From positions 37,698,001 through 37,762,000 of the forward strand of contig CM052817.1 in assembly GCA_028534125.1 (NCBI GenBank): DNA of 64,000 nucleotides, read 5' to 3'. Source of the stretch: Lama glama. Lineage: Eukaryota. Position numbers and translations under genes: made by a program. This document shows positions 1 to 13,340 of the stretch, piece after piece; within the stretch, counting starts at the first letter, position 1, and each line of letters starts with the position of its first letter. Under the pieces are notes generated by a model that made no database searches, was not told where the DNA came from, and was given only the letters and a program-made list of their open reading frames with translations.

Positions 1-300
1 ACTTTGAGGCTAGACTAAGAAATTAAAATTTGATTCCAAAGGCATTAATTCTTAAGCTTTTTGAGCAGGATTACACAATCCTGTATAAATACAATCAAAA
101 TAGAAGGTAAAATGAATAGTCAATCCAGGAAGGATCAAATGAGGGGATTTGCCAGAGGTTAAATCATTTTAGCCTCTTTTTAGAGGAGATCATTGTAGTG
201 ATCTAAGCAGGAAGTGATAAGTGCTCAAACTAGGGTGATAAATAATTAGAATGGGGGAAAAATGATGATTCATCATGAATTGTAAAGGAAGAAACAGTTT
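1..300 (-). mobile_element. Degraded L2 LINE fragment
   Basis: Purine-rich sequence typical of antisense L2 3' region (e.g. ATCATTGTAGTGATCTAAGCAGGAAGTGATAAGTGCTCAAACTAGGGTG). Confidence 0.5.
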
Positions 301-524
301 ATATTTAATCTAACCAATTGTCAGTTTCTGAGAGCAAAGATTGTGTCTGCATCTTGTCTCCACAGTGCCCGCTACATTGTTTGACACAGAGAAATGCTTA
401 ATGATGAATAAATATCCTCCTTTATTACCTACTTTATCCACTTTCATATTGTCTGCTTTCAAATAATTGTGTCTTGCATAGACTAATTAATGTGTGTATA
501 TATATATATGTATTTTTTTTTCAG

Positions 525-2810
525 CACAGCTAGGATTCTATAAGAAAAACAGACCTTAATAACATTAGAGCAGTTTTTCATTCACGGTAAATCAAAAGAG
601 AAGCAACAATGAAAAGTCAACTCTGGAAAAGAGGGAGGTGGTTTTGGTGAATTGCTGTCATTAAAAAAAAAAAAAGAAACAGACTGAAACTGAACTCATA
701 TGCTTGAAGCACATGTGAGTCTGGTTTATTAAGTCATGGTAGAATGATTATTAGAAATACTACAGCTACTACTAATAAGCATTGTATTATTCACATTACA
801 TATAAAAAGTCATGATATACAGCAACAAATAGTCATCTAGGAAATCGAACACGACTTTAACTACAGTGTGAGAAGAATTTAATGTGCTTTGTTCTATTTC
901 TGACACGAACTCTATACAAGCAAAAAGGCTTCATTCCTTGCACAGTTCATTAAATATACTCTATGATGTCCTGATCTTGCACAGGAAAGAATTCACTAAC
1001 TGAGTGAAAAGATTTTATGGCTCTTTATTTTGAATTGGAAATAGTTTACCAAGCTTTCAACCACCAAATCAGTAAGGATTATTGCACAATTGTTGTTTGT
1101 TTTGTTTGTTTTGTTTTGTTTTGTTAATACTAAGTCTATAGCTTGCTGCATCAGTTAAAAAGAGGAATGCTGATATATTACTGCTTAACTACTTCAAACC
1201 AGCTGTTAGAGAGATAAGGGTGATGGATGGTGCTTAGCTCCAAATGGTGGAATTGACCTAGTTTAAGCTACCAGACAGAACACGCAGATTTATCAACTAC
1301 TCCCTAACATAAATATTTGGGAGTATATGACAAGTAAGTGCAACTGATTCTATCCAAACCTTAGAGTAAGGATTCCAGTATAAGTTGCAATAAATATTGA
1401 AAAAAGATGTGTCTTCCTTTCAAAAGCTCCCATTTGATGAAAATGAACATATTTCTATTTTAAGAAGAAAAGATTATTTTATAACATGTCCAAACTATGT
1501 GGGCACACACTAGTGGACTTTGGAAAATATTTTAAAAATCCAGCAATTGAGAGTTGCTAACAACAGGAATCTAGCAAACCTAAGACTTGGAGTAAATCAT
1601 TCACATTGAAAAGTCCTGCTATTTTCTTTTATATATATATATATGTATAGTGTATATATATATGTATATATATATATATATATAGTATATATATAGTATA
1701 TATCTACTTTATATGTAGAACGGTGAACTTTAATTTAGTATGATTTAATTTAGTATAGCCGAATTTTAAAACAAAATGTTTACTGTGAAACTATATGACT
1801 AATAATATCCTAAACTTAAAAACTGGTGGCTTTTATATAAGGAAAGTGAGTGGGCATGAAGGGTGAAGCATAAAATACTTGAATAGTGTAGTTTCAAAAG
1901 TTTCAAAATTAAAATGGTGTATTTTTGCCTTTCCTCTCTTTCCTTTTTCCTCAGTGGTAATCATTGCATTGTATTTTATACAAATTATCCAGAGTAGAGC
2001 AGGGGAAAGAAGAAAGAGTCCAGCGTGAAGAGAGATCCTTTGTTGGTAGCATGATCTGATGTGATTTAATGGAGTGGTAGGACATCACAAGAAAACCAAA
2101 CAGCATAAGCAAACCAAATTTGGAATAAATCTAATAATAGAGACCTCCCAGTAAGCATTTCCATCTAGATAAGATAATTTAAATACAATTTTTTTAAATC
2201 CTGTGATTTTTAATAATTTTTTTAAAAGATAGGCATTATCTATTTGATAAGAGGTGCTAGTCAAGTAAGGGATAGAAAAGCAAACCTATTGGATTTGGAT
2301 AAGGCTGAAGATAAACTTTTTGGGATGTCTCAACAAATAAAGGGAAAAAATGATAGGAAAAAAGTGTTGGTTTTCATTTCACTTAGTGGCAGTCATTTGC
2401 CGTTGAAAAACTTTAATAGAAACATGGATACACAGATTTACTTTCACAGTCAGTGTGAAGCCTAATGCAATAGGCAGAGAAACTAGTCGTGACTGGGTTT
2501 ATGGCAGGTTTTCGGTTCACAAAGAGCACAAGCCTGAACAAGCCAACATGAGTCACTTCATGAAGTTGTATCATAATAATATTACCATAAAGATTTCTAG
2601 GTGAATGGCTTCTGTGGACTCTAAAATATCCTGGTAAATAATCCAATATGTTATGCTAGACATTTCCTGAAAGTTTTATGTCTCACTGTAAGTAAGGCAT
2701 ACTCTATAACTTCCTCAGGGTACCAAGTTATACATTTAGTTGCAAAATGTCAAAAATGCATTTTGTAGCAAAAAGAAAGCAATAAAATAAATCTTCAAAG
2801 AGGCAATGTA
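525..2810 (+). other. Candidate terminal exon / 3' UTR of an unidentified gene entering from upstream of the window
   Basis: Branch-point-like GACTAAT (481-487); T tract and CAG acceptor (AG 523-524); stop codon within 35 nt in all three frames (HS*, TARIL*, QLGFYKKNRP*); ~2.3 kb AU-rich sequence with no recognisable transposon; AATAAA at 2781-2786; repeats resume at ~2925. Confidence 0.45.
1631..1703. repeat. Imperfect (TA)n microsatellite
   Basis: TA run interrupted by TG/AG, seen directly. Confidence 0.95.
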
Positions 2811-2924
2811 AATTTTTCACATTTTTCAGAATGAGAAAGTAATTCAACTTAACTGTGTTACTAAATGAGAAACTTTTTTTTTTGTGTGGAGGATGTTAAA
2901 ACATTGATACTGACACGGAGGCCG

Positions 2925-3095
2925 ACAGCATGGTTACCGGTAAGGAGTTTCGTAGTCACACTGAATGAGTCCCTGGTTTATTTTGTATCACTGGGCAAAT
3001 CTTATACTAATCTCTTTTTGTTTTCATTTTCTCAACTATAAAAAAGGGGTAATACCAATCTGTCTCAGAGGGGTGTGGCGAGAATTAACTAAGGC
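2925..3095 (+). mobile_element. MIR SINE, degraded
   Basis: MIR core-like TGGGCAAATC...TTTCTCAACTATAAAAAAGGGGTAATACCAATCTGTCTCAGAGGGGTGTGGCGAGAATTAA. Confidence 0.65.
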
Positions 3096-5794
3096 CCATA
3101 AAAGGTTTTAAAGGCCAAGGATGAAGGACACCATACTAAGTACAAGCCTAGTCATTAGCCCTGAAGTTGTTGGAATATAAAAACTCATTTGTTGTTGGCA
3201 AAATTCTGAAGCATCAAATAAGAATACACTTTTCTGGATTTATGTGACTCAAATTTATTAATTGATTCATAAGTGTGTTTTATTTAGGTGTTCTATATTA
3301 AATTTTTCAACCTAGGCTAATCAAAAACTGAAGGGAATACTAGTTTAAAAATTGTAATTATAGCCAGTTAGAGTTAAAAGTGTATATTTTATTTGCTTTT
3401 TGTGTCACCTCTGTGTGTCATCAATGAGCTAATCAGGTGTTTCTTTCCAAAGAATGATTAAGTCTAGAAGAGCTTCTTGGGGTTACATGAAAGAATGAAA
3501 CATTTTAATTTGTTGCCACCATTTAGCATCAAGGTAAAAATGAGTCTTCTTAGAATAAAGATTCTGCCTGAGTCAGGACACAATCAAGGGAAGTATGTTT
3601 CTCTAAATGCCTGAATTTAGAAGCCAACAGGAAAAGTATACGAGAACAGTAATTTCATTTTCAGAAATATGACTCCTATTGCACCCCCCTTCCCCATGAC
3701 ATTGAATCTCTTGGACGCCAAATGACTAATACGAAAACAGAAAAACGTTGTGATGAATCAGTTATCTCTGTGTTTTGTAAGGGAAAAAAATATTTGTCAC
3801 CTACTTTTAGATGAAACTAAATAGCATTTTGATTTCATTAAATTTCTACAGCTAGTGCTAAGTAAGTGAACGATCTTACCCTTTGAAATATCACTTAATT
3901 TATAGGTAGTTTGTAAATAATTACAACTGGAGCCAATAAGATTCTGGAGATATTATTTCCTAGTTAAATAATTTCTCAGTTGGATGAAATCTTGGATGAC
4001 ATAAATTAGCAATGAAACTGTCATACTTCAGAGTTCTGCCTTTCTTAGGCTTTAAAAAATGTACTGAGTTTTTAGTGATAGTCTTTCCTTAGGTCAGTTC
4101 ATGGGAACAACTCATTACTGATGTTTATTTTGCCTTGGGTTGGGCTGTAAAACTACTCTACAATAATATAACTTAGGAGGCTGTTATTTTAGAATTATTG
4201 TATCCTATGCTGGTTGTGGTCAAGACTTGAAAACCAGTAATATGTCTTTAAAACATTTACTATTGCCATTAAAAAAAAAAAAAGATTTAGTTTCTCTCCA
4301 GACAGAATTTCATTAATGCTCCACTTCATATAATTTTGTTACTGCTGTTAAAAACTCATCTATCCTTTACCCAATTCTGAATGTAAACATTAACTGTCAA
4401 GGTTGATAGCCATGCAATTAACCAGCTTGATTTTGGCTAGAAGATGAATGATTCACTGCTTTCTTATGTCTGATGAGTGGTCAGAACACTGTGTTTAAAA
4501 TGGCTCCATCCCAGATGGAGAATCTTATGGGTTTCACTGCCCAACCCACTCAGAAAAAAAAAAAAGTCATGGAGGTTATAGCTGAGTACTGACTGAGCAT
4601 GAAATTATAAAGACATTGTATAATCTGATCATCTTGCCAATGTTATAAAAATGGCTTTCATTTTTCACATTGTTGAGTTTAAAAATTTAAGGCTTTTCAG
4701 ATATTAGGAGATATTTCCAAGTTATCTTTTGGTTTGCATCTGAAGACTTGAAAGCCTCCATAATAAACAAACACCATATTTTTGCTTTGCTGGGCATCTA
4801 ACTCTTTTTGCAGTCACAGTTCTATACTCTGTGAAACAAAAATATTTCTCCTTTCCCTGGTTTGTTATGTACTGTCTCTTTTAGTTGATAGAAATAAACT
4901 GTTTTCATCTCCAGTGACTGAATCAGTAACTACTTTGCAGGTTCCTCTGCCTGAAGATTGTCTAAAAATATTTCTCTGTTTATTTCTGCTTAAAATTAGA
5001 TGAGAGTAAAAGCAAGTCTTTTTATTCTTTTTGATGTATGTGTTATATTTTATTGTATCAGACAATAGATGAGTATGCTTTGTTAGAATATCATCTAGAA
5101 TTTAGTAAAAAATAAAAAAAAGAACTAACACATTGTATGTAATACAATTCAACAAAGGTGTATTCAGAATGTTTTACCTGGAGAGGAGGAGGAATAAGTA
5201 AAAAGCTCTTTGTCCTTATGGAACTTGACATGCTTCTGAGATAGAGCAGGAGGTGTTTGGTCAGTTTGATAAAATGACCAGATATAATGCAGGAAACTGT
5301 AGAATGCTATGGCCCAAACACACTGAGCAGAATATAATTTTAGTAGCCAGAATGATCTCGTGTGATCTTCAAATTAAACTTTTATTTTATTGATGAAATT
5401 CTGGATATTATAAGGCATGATGTGATTAGTAATACATTTGTATCTAGTCAAATTATCACAGTCTTGATTTTTTATGACCTCTAGGGGTGAAAGGATAATT
5501 CATAGATGATCCTCATCTTAATTTAGTTAATAGTTTCTAAATTTTCTCTTACCAAACTTCTTAAACTTTTAATGAGTAAAATTTAAATGTTTGTCCCCCT
5601 ATGTGATAGTTCATTATTTTCATTTAAATAACCTATATGAAGGTAGTCAAGGAATGAAGAGTTCAAAGAATAACGTTTATGTGATATAAAATATGGAAAA
5701 TATGTAAAATACCAGCATTTGGTTGCTTAAGAATTGATTTCAGGCTGAGGCTTTCATTGGCTCCTGACTTGACATAAGAAACTGTTAAGCAGGT

Positions 5795-6830
5795 AGTCAT
5801 TTATTCAGCTATGTTTAAGACATTCTGCGTAGCATTTAGGACTCAGAACTTAAAAACTTGTGATACTTACTCTTAAAGAATTCAGTCTAGTGGAATAGGC
5901 AAATGCACGAGGAAACAAATTGAATACACACAAAGAAGTGCTCTGGTAGATGCTGGAAACGTCAGGGATGGCTTCACAGAGGAGCTGAACTCTTGATACT
6001 CATGAAGACAATGGGAATTTGCTATATATAGAAGAGGAGGAAAGGGCATTTCAGGCAAAGAGAACAAAATGTGCAAAGGCATCGAGTTTTAAAAAGATAT
6101 ATGAGAAGCTCACTGTGGTTTGGAGCTTGAGGTTGCGGTGGGGAGTGGAAGGAAATGAAATTGGAACAATACATTGGAGTTACATCTTGCAGGGCATCAT
6201 ACCCAGACAAAAGAACTTGGCTTTTACAGAGTAGCTAGTGGGAAATCAGGGGGAATCATTAAACAAAACAGAGGGTGTAATAATATTTGTTTGTTAATAA
6301 GATAATCCTTGTAGGAGTGTAAAAATGGATAATAGGAGAGACTGATGGGGGAGGTGACTGGATGGGGCACTATCATTAGCCTGGGATAGAAGTCAGAAGA
6401 GTCTGAGTTGAATTAGTGGCAGTAGAAATGGGAGATAATGGTCATGTTTTGAATATATTTCTGAAAGAAAATAGATGGGATTTGGATATAGCTGGTTAAA
6501 AGAGGAGGGACTCCAGAATCAGTTTCTTACTTGGGAAATTTGAGGATGTTGATTCCATTAATCATGATGGGAAAGGAAGGACTATTTAAAGAGATATTAT
6601 GATTTTAGTTTTTTTAATGTATTAGGTTGAATTGCCTATGGCCAAGTTGATAATTGTTTGAAAAAGCTGGTGTGGAACTTGAAGATAGAATAGAATTGGA
6701 GATACAGACTTAGGAACCATGAACATAGAAAATACTTCTAGAATGTGGATTAAATCATATATCTATAAGTATAGAAGGAAAGGCTACCAAGGATGAAACT
6801 GTGGAAAACATCAACACTTAAGACAGTGTC
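5795..6830 (-). mobile_element. L2 LINE 3' portion
   Basis: Starts with antisense L2 tail (TCATTTATTCAGC) and continues with typical antisense L2 motifs (GGATGGCTTCACAGAGGAG, GGGCATTTCAGGCAAAGAGAAC, GTTTCTTACTTGGG). Confidence 0.75.
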
Positions 6831-7787
6831 CCTTGTGCATTTTCAACTCATTCCTCCCTTTGAAAATATAAAAATCTCCACTTACCTCTAACTATGGCAA
6901 TTCAGATATTTCCCCTTGAAAGCCCATAATTCCTTGTTTTCTCTTCTCCTCTATTTCTTTTAAGAATTTCTAATTGAAGAAGCAGTCTGAGCGGAAGAAA
7001 GTATTGGAGAAAACAGAGGGGTTCTTAGAGTAGTACGGGGAAAATCATGAGTGGATGGTGACTTAGAAGCCAAGGTCAGATTAGTGTCACATCCCTAATG
7101 CAAAGCCTGACCAAATCATATGAATCGAATCTGGGCATCACCTTCCTTCATGGAACTGCGTAGAATGGATGACTTGGGTGCCTGTGCCCAGTAGAGCCAT
7201 AGAAGTTTGAGTCCTTCACTTCCCTTAAGTCCCCCAGCATGCTTGGAAGTGTGCATGTAGTTTCTGCTCCCCCTTGGGGACATGGAGACTTCACCTCCAC
7301 CTCCAGTTACCTTTCTCTTGAACGGAGCTGAGTTAGGAGTAGAACGGTTGGAAGGAGGAATCTGAACATATATAGGAAGAGAGTGGCTCTATGCCACTAA
7401 GCAAAGCACTTTTGTTTTCCATTTTGAGTGACTCAGTGACTGCTCATGGCTCAGCCAGAACTAAGTTCTGGTGCTTCAGACTACCTAAAGCCCTCTATTA
7501 GCTCTAGGGATTCCTTGACCCTTTGCCTTCTTTCCCAGAGGAGGGTGAACAACAAATAAAGCACCATTTAAGTGATTTATTTCAATCCTGTCTCTTGCCA
7601 CACAGATACTAAACATTTACAAATGAGTCGGACAGTAGGGGGCCCCTCCCTCCTCCCATCAGCCCTTGTCTACTGCTTGGGCCAGAACTTCACTACCAAA
7701 TGGGTCCTGGGGAGTCTTCTCTTAAACTCTTGTCCTTTCTCTTCGAGAAAGCTGTATCTGTTAGTATCCCATTCTTGTACCAAAGGC

Positions 7788-8275
7788 TGTCAAATTAGCT
7801 AACACAGTTTTGTGGATGCTGGCAAAAGACATGAGACTCCTAGGTCAGGAAAAAAGGACTTTATTATACATAATGCATTGGGCGGCATGAGTTTCAAGTT
7901 TGTGTCATTTGTACCCCAACTAGTCTTAAGGGAGGTGATGTGCAGCAGCCCAGGGGAGTGCTGCACAAGCAGTGGGTTTGCATCACCATGAGGAACCTCT
8001 GAGGACCCTGAACTTAGGAACCCCCAATCAATTTTAAGGTGGCTGCAAGCAGACTTTGCCAACCTTTGCCCTGGAGGGAAAAATCTAAATTGTACTGTGC
8101 AGCAGACAAACCTGCCTCCTACTCTAAAGAGATATATATACTCCTTCTGTCTTCCAGGGTTGTTCTCTATACAAACATCCTTGAAAAGATAACCCAGGAA
8201 GAAAAAAAAAGTAAATTCCTTTGCTTGCATGATATGCAGAAATGTGAGCAATCCCTGGAGAACTATTTCCCAACA
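7788..8275 (-). mobile_element. ERVL solo LTR, LTR40-like
   Basis: Minus strand begins TGTTGGGAAATAGTTCTCCAGGG and ends TTGACA; internal CTTTTCAAGGATGTTTGTATAG and AATAAAGTCCTTT...GGAGTCTCATGTCTTTTGCCAGCATCCA match my recollection of LTR40. Confidence 0.75.
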
Positions 8276-8688
8276 AGTAGGTTCTAACTATTCTTTTCTT
8301 CCTCCCACTCTTAAACCCTCCCTTTTTGTATTTTCTCCTCTTTATTTGCTTTTAAGAAACAATTTGATCCATAAAATTATTTTTTAATAATAGGTATCCT
8401 GTAATGACAAAATTCAGTAGAAATAAAAATCTGTCTTTAAATTTATGAAAATGAAATTCAGGCCCAAGCTGTTATGGCAGCAAAAGGTGGCCATAGAATA
8501 TTTGGGAAATATTTTCTTAATTCTATTTTTTGAAGTAGATACTTTACGAACTTTAATAAAAATTCAAAATCAGGAATAATCTTTCTGACAAAATTTCACA
8601 CACTGTTTATGATACTAACTTAATTACAATCACACATTGAGTAGAAGTAATTTCTAAAATCACAGCACTAATAAGCTTACTGAAATTG

Positions 8689-9030
8689 ACAAACACTGTA
8701 TGTTGTCACTTAGATGTGGAATCTAAAAAATAAAACAAACAAATGAATATAACAAATCAGAAACAGACACACAGATACAGAGAACTACTTGTTACCAGGG
8801 AGGAGAGAGAAGGCGGAGAGGTAAGGAAGGAGTAGGGGATTGAGAGATACAAACTACTATGTATAAAATAAATAAGCTACAGGAATATATGTACAGTACA
8901 GAGAATATAGCCAATATTTTACAATAACTTTAAATGGAATATAATTATAAAAATATTGAATCACAATGTTGTACACCTGAAACTAATATAATATTGAAAA
9001 TCAACCATACTTCAATAAAAATTAATTAAA
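8689..9030 (+). mobile_element. L1 3' end (5'-truncated, artiodactyl type)
   Basis: TCACTTAGATGTGGAATCTAAAAAA...GTTGTACACCTGAAACTAATATAATATTG...ACTTCAATAAAA, a classic L1 3' UTR terminus. Confidence 0.9.
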
Positions 9031-9475
9031 TTAATACATCAGCTTTAAAAAATGAGTGTAAATAATAGGTGTAAAAGCCTGTCACAGAGTAGATGCTCAA
9101 CAAGTGTGCTTGTTAATATTATTACTGTAGCTGATACATTTGTTGTGGTACTTTAATTCATCTCCAGTAATAAAATTAGTATTACAAAAAATAAAAAATA
9201 AAATCACAACAAAATTATTTTATCTGTTTTTGCCTAGTTAGAAGATTCATAGGCAAAAGTAAAATAAAAATTTTTAAATTGATATTACTTCATTTAGCAT
9301 ATGTGATGTGGTCATTAAATAGTAGAAAACATAAATTTCTGTAAGATAATATCAATGAAATAATTTTATTTATTGGACTAACACATGTATACATACATCA
9401 TCTTTACTGTAAATATTAGAAGATAGGGGTCAAACTACACAAACTACCACAAATCTAGATGACTGTAATACACTA

Positions 9476-9830
9476 TGTGGATAGCATTATTGCTGTTCAC
9501 TTAGTTCTTCCCCTCTGTTTCCAGGCAAACAAGAGGATTGCACTTACCTGCCTCCTTGACTTGAGGTGTAGCCACGCGGCTAGCTTTGGCTTATGTACTG
9601 TGTGTAGAACTGATATATATCACTTTCAGGAGGAAATTTATTGCCAGTGTTGTGAAAGCACATGCTGATAAGGAGCTGCCATTATACCATAGCAGTCTAG
9701 AAAGTGGACCACAGAGAAAAGCATGCCTCAGAGGACTTCATGTGAGCAAGGATTAAACTTTGTTTCTGTTAACCCCCTGACATTTGAGGTTTTGCTCTTC
9801 TTTTCACTTCTTACTGAACCTCTACTTTAT
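9476..9830 (+). mobile_element. MaLR LTR (MLT1-like)
   Basis: CACTTACCTGCCTCCTTGACTTGAGGTGTAGCCACGCGGCTAGCTTTGGC and ATGTGAGCAAGGATTAAACTTTG motifs. Confidence 0.7.
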
Positions 9831-10457
9831 AATGATGCTACTACATCTTTTTTATTCTGAACTCTGATGCATATTGAATACTGTATCAGCATTGTAGATC
9901 TAACACATACCCCCTCCCACCACACACATGCACAAATTGTCCACTGTAATACTTTAATGCCATTGGGTCTCACTGTAAGATCTAGACTCAGTGGTATGGA
10001 TAGTAGGTCTATATATGTGTGCTCTTGAGTCCTAAATGAACTAGTTCACTTTGGGTCCAAGCTCAGAATGTTTGTGAGAAAGATCTATCTCACATTTACA
10101 TGGAGAAGTTTTTTGTCCTTGAAGCAGATGGTAAATCTACACTCCAGGCAATTGTGGTGACTTGAAAGCTATCCTTGAAAGGTACTGATATAATGCATAG
10201 CAACTTGTAGATCACTTATGAGATTTTATTTTTTTCTGCTCGGAGAAGTTCCAAGAGGCCTGACTTTTAGGGTGTAATGTATCTTATGTCTGTTTTTTAA
10301 ATCTGCTCTTCTTTGATAGGATATAGTTTTTGAGGAAACTATTTTATTTAAATAAACTTAAATGAATTCAAAATACCATGTTATAATGCTTCTGATTATT
10401 TTTGTATCCCAAGTATTTAAAATAAAATGTTTACAAATGGAAATAATAAATACAAAG

Positions 10458-11465
10458 TCATTCATTCTTTTAACCAATGTTTATTGAGTGCCTATTTTTA
10501 GCCAAAAATTGTACTAAGCACTGAGAATACAACAGAGAACACAAAACAGGCCCAGTTCCAATTTTCATGGTCAGACACAAATAAATAAATAAAATGAATA
10601 TATAGTTACAAACTGAGATTGTGATCTAAGAGAGAGAAATATAATTCTGTGAGAACATACAGTGAAGAAAACTAACCTATACTGGAAGTCAGAAAAAATT
10701 TTTCTGATTTCCAAAATATGAATGGGAGTCAGCTGGGGAAATGGAGGATGAAGGGAGGGCATTGAAGCATGTTCTAGATGGGGAGGACAGCATGGGCAGA
10801 GACCCTCTGACACGAGGGAGCATGGTGCATTACACATGGCAGCAATACAGAGAGTGAGGGAGGCCCTCTGACATGAGGGAGCATGGTGCATTACACATGG
10901 CAGCAGTACAGAGAGTGAGGGAAGAGTGGACTAGACAGTGTTAGTTTTATAGCCCTTCTAATGGAGCTTGCTCTTTATCTTAAGAGCAATGAGAACCATC
11001 AAAAGATTTTAAACCTGAGGCTTATGTGACCAGATTAAGTTTTTAAAAAGAACATTCTGGTAGCAGCATGAAAAATGTGTTGCAAAGAGGCCAGGCTAGA
11101 TGTAAAGGAGACCAATTGAAAGACTATCACAGTAGATCACAGAATAAAAAAAAGGAGACTAGAGTAGTGGCAATGGTGGTCGAGTAAAGTGAACTACAAG
11201 AGAGATACTTTGGATTCAATTTCTAGGACTTATGATGGATTGGGTGTGTTGGGTAAGGGAAGGATTGATGTCAAGATACTGCACCTGATTCCTTGGCTTG
11301 TATAACCAGGTGAATGGTAATGATTTCACTGAGGTTACAGTGGAAGAGAAACTGGTTTGAATATGGGTGCATATAGGAAAGAATCATGAATTCATTGTGA
11401 GACTTGTAGGGTTGAAATGCCTTTTAGCTAGCCATGGGGAAATTTTAAGCAGACATTTGAGAATA
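10458..11465 (-). mobile_element. L2 LINE 3' portion
   Basis: TCATTCATTC...ATGTTTATTGAGTGCCTA antisense L2 tail followed by ~1 kb of L2-like sequence. Confidence 0.85.
10800..10921. repeat. Tandem duplication, 2 x 61 bp
   Basis: Units 10800-10860 and 10861-10921 differ at 3 positions. Confidence 0.95.
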
Positions 11466-11539
11466 TATATGTGAGTGACAGAAAATCCAAAATAACAAGG
11501 GCTTAAGAAAGAAGACTTTGCCTCCATAAAAGTTTAGTA

Positions 11540-11849
11540 CAGAGCTGTCCAGTAGAAATACAATGTAAGTCATGTATGTAATTAAAATGTTTCTACTAAC
11601 CAGTTAAAAATGTAAAAAAAAAAGTATTAATTAATTTTATTAATGTATTTTACTCAGCCAGTGTATCCAAAATGTTATAATTGGACATGTAATCAATATA
11701 AAATTATTGAGTTATCTTACATTCTTTTTTTCATACTAAATCTTCAAAATCTGATACATATTTTGTACTTACAGCTCAGTTTGAACTAGCCATATTTCAA
11801 ATGCTCAGTAGCCACATAAGGCTAAAGAGTGCTGTATGGAACAGCACAG
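11540..11849. mobile_element. hAT-Charlie MITE, MER33-like
   Basis: Termini CAGAGCTGTCCA...TGGAACAGCACAG, ~310 bp, 8-bp TSD-like flanks GTTTAGTA/GTTTAGAG. Confidence 0.85.
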
Positions 11850-13340
11850 GTTTAGAGGTAGGAGGTCCAAAGATGATACAATATTTTACAGTCTGAGAGA
11901 CCCACCTTCTTCTGCATGGCCTTCATGGCCAGAGGTGCAGCTCCATTCATTAAGTCTGCATTTCAGCTAGCAGGGAAGAGTCAGAAAGGAAAGAAAAAAA
12001 TTTATCTTTTCCCTTTAAGGTTACTTCTCAGAAACATATATAATAGTTTTATCTACATCCTCTTGGTCTGAATTTAGTCACATGACTTGAAGACCATGTA
12101 CTTAACTACAAGGGAGGTTGGAAAATGCAGCTTTATTTGGGTGGCCATGTGACTAGTACAGATCAAGAGTTCTGTTGCTACAAAATCTACTGGGGTACAA
12201 TCATCAGTCTTTTCCAGTGTTGGCTCTGTACACCCTTCTTCCTACATAAATAATGCATTTGTTGCTGTCTTTCTAAGAGAGACAGTTCCAAAGTCAGTCA
12301 TATCAAAGCCTCAAAATCTAGGATCTGAATGATGTACGGTATTTCCTACCCGGTCCCAATTTGGCTCCTCTTGTTTCAGTGACCATAAACTAAAGGACAA
12401 GTTATTTCCTTCCCTTTTCCTATACTATGGTGGTATAGGAGCAGGGTAGCTAAAAAAGACACACCCATTTGGGAAAGGGGAGAATGAGTGAAACCCAAGT
12501 CCTAATATACAGAAATGGGGAAGATTGTCTTCTCTGGGAGGAGAGTAAGTTCTGGGTTATCCCTTCCTCTCCCCACCCCCTTTAGAAGCTCTGGTTCTGC
12601 TCCCCTGGAGAAAGTCCTTTGCCCATCAACCTATGTAGCCCTGTCACTACCCTCTAGGGGATTCTTCCTTGTTCATTATCTTTACATCTCCACAATGAGG
12701 TAGGCATTGGAGAGGATACTGCACTATATCTATTACTTTCTGCTGATTCAGATTTAGATGTCCAGTGTGTTATAGGTGTTGAATAATCACAGCTTTTTGC
12801 AGGCTAGACTTATGAGAATTCTTTGGCAATAAAATTCCTCCCAAATTTACTTGACGTCCAGTCTGTTTGCACTGGTCAGTTTCATATGTAAGTAACCACA
12901 GCCAAAATACTTGTCATTTTTTTTTTCATGAAAACTCTGGTCTCTATTGGTAGCCTTTGAGTTCTCCTCATTCCCATCAACTTAATGGTGGCTATGAAGT
13001 CAACTAAAGCAACGGGCTGATTAGTAAAAGGCAAAATCTCAAATCTGTCTTTTTAAACAGCTTTGGTAAGATAGGGCATATGTACTGTTAAGACTGGAGT
13101 TTCTAAGACACTGCTTAAAACTTTTTCAGTTGGGAGAGAGAATGCTCGGCTTTTCAAATCAAGAGATTCTAATTGATCAGATTTTCAGTGTCCTTTGATT
13201 GCAGACTATCGGCAGAATAGGTCTCTCAGCAGAGCTGAAGTTCTTCCCACCTTTGCTTGAAGTCTGTCTAGCTCTAGCTCAACCTTGTAAGAATTTGACA
13301 CAGCCAACAAGTGTTCTGATTTTTTTTTTTCTAATCATTT

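Noticed and set aside
7799..8287. Overlapping 150-aa and 82-aa ORFs
   Set aside because: They lie essentially within an LTR40-like solo LTR and show no protein-family resemblance.
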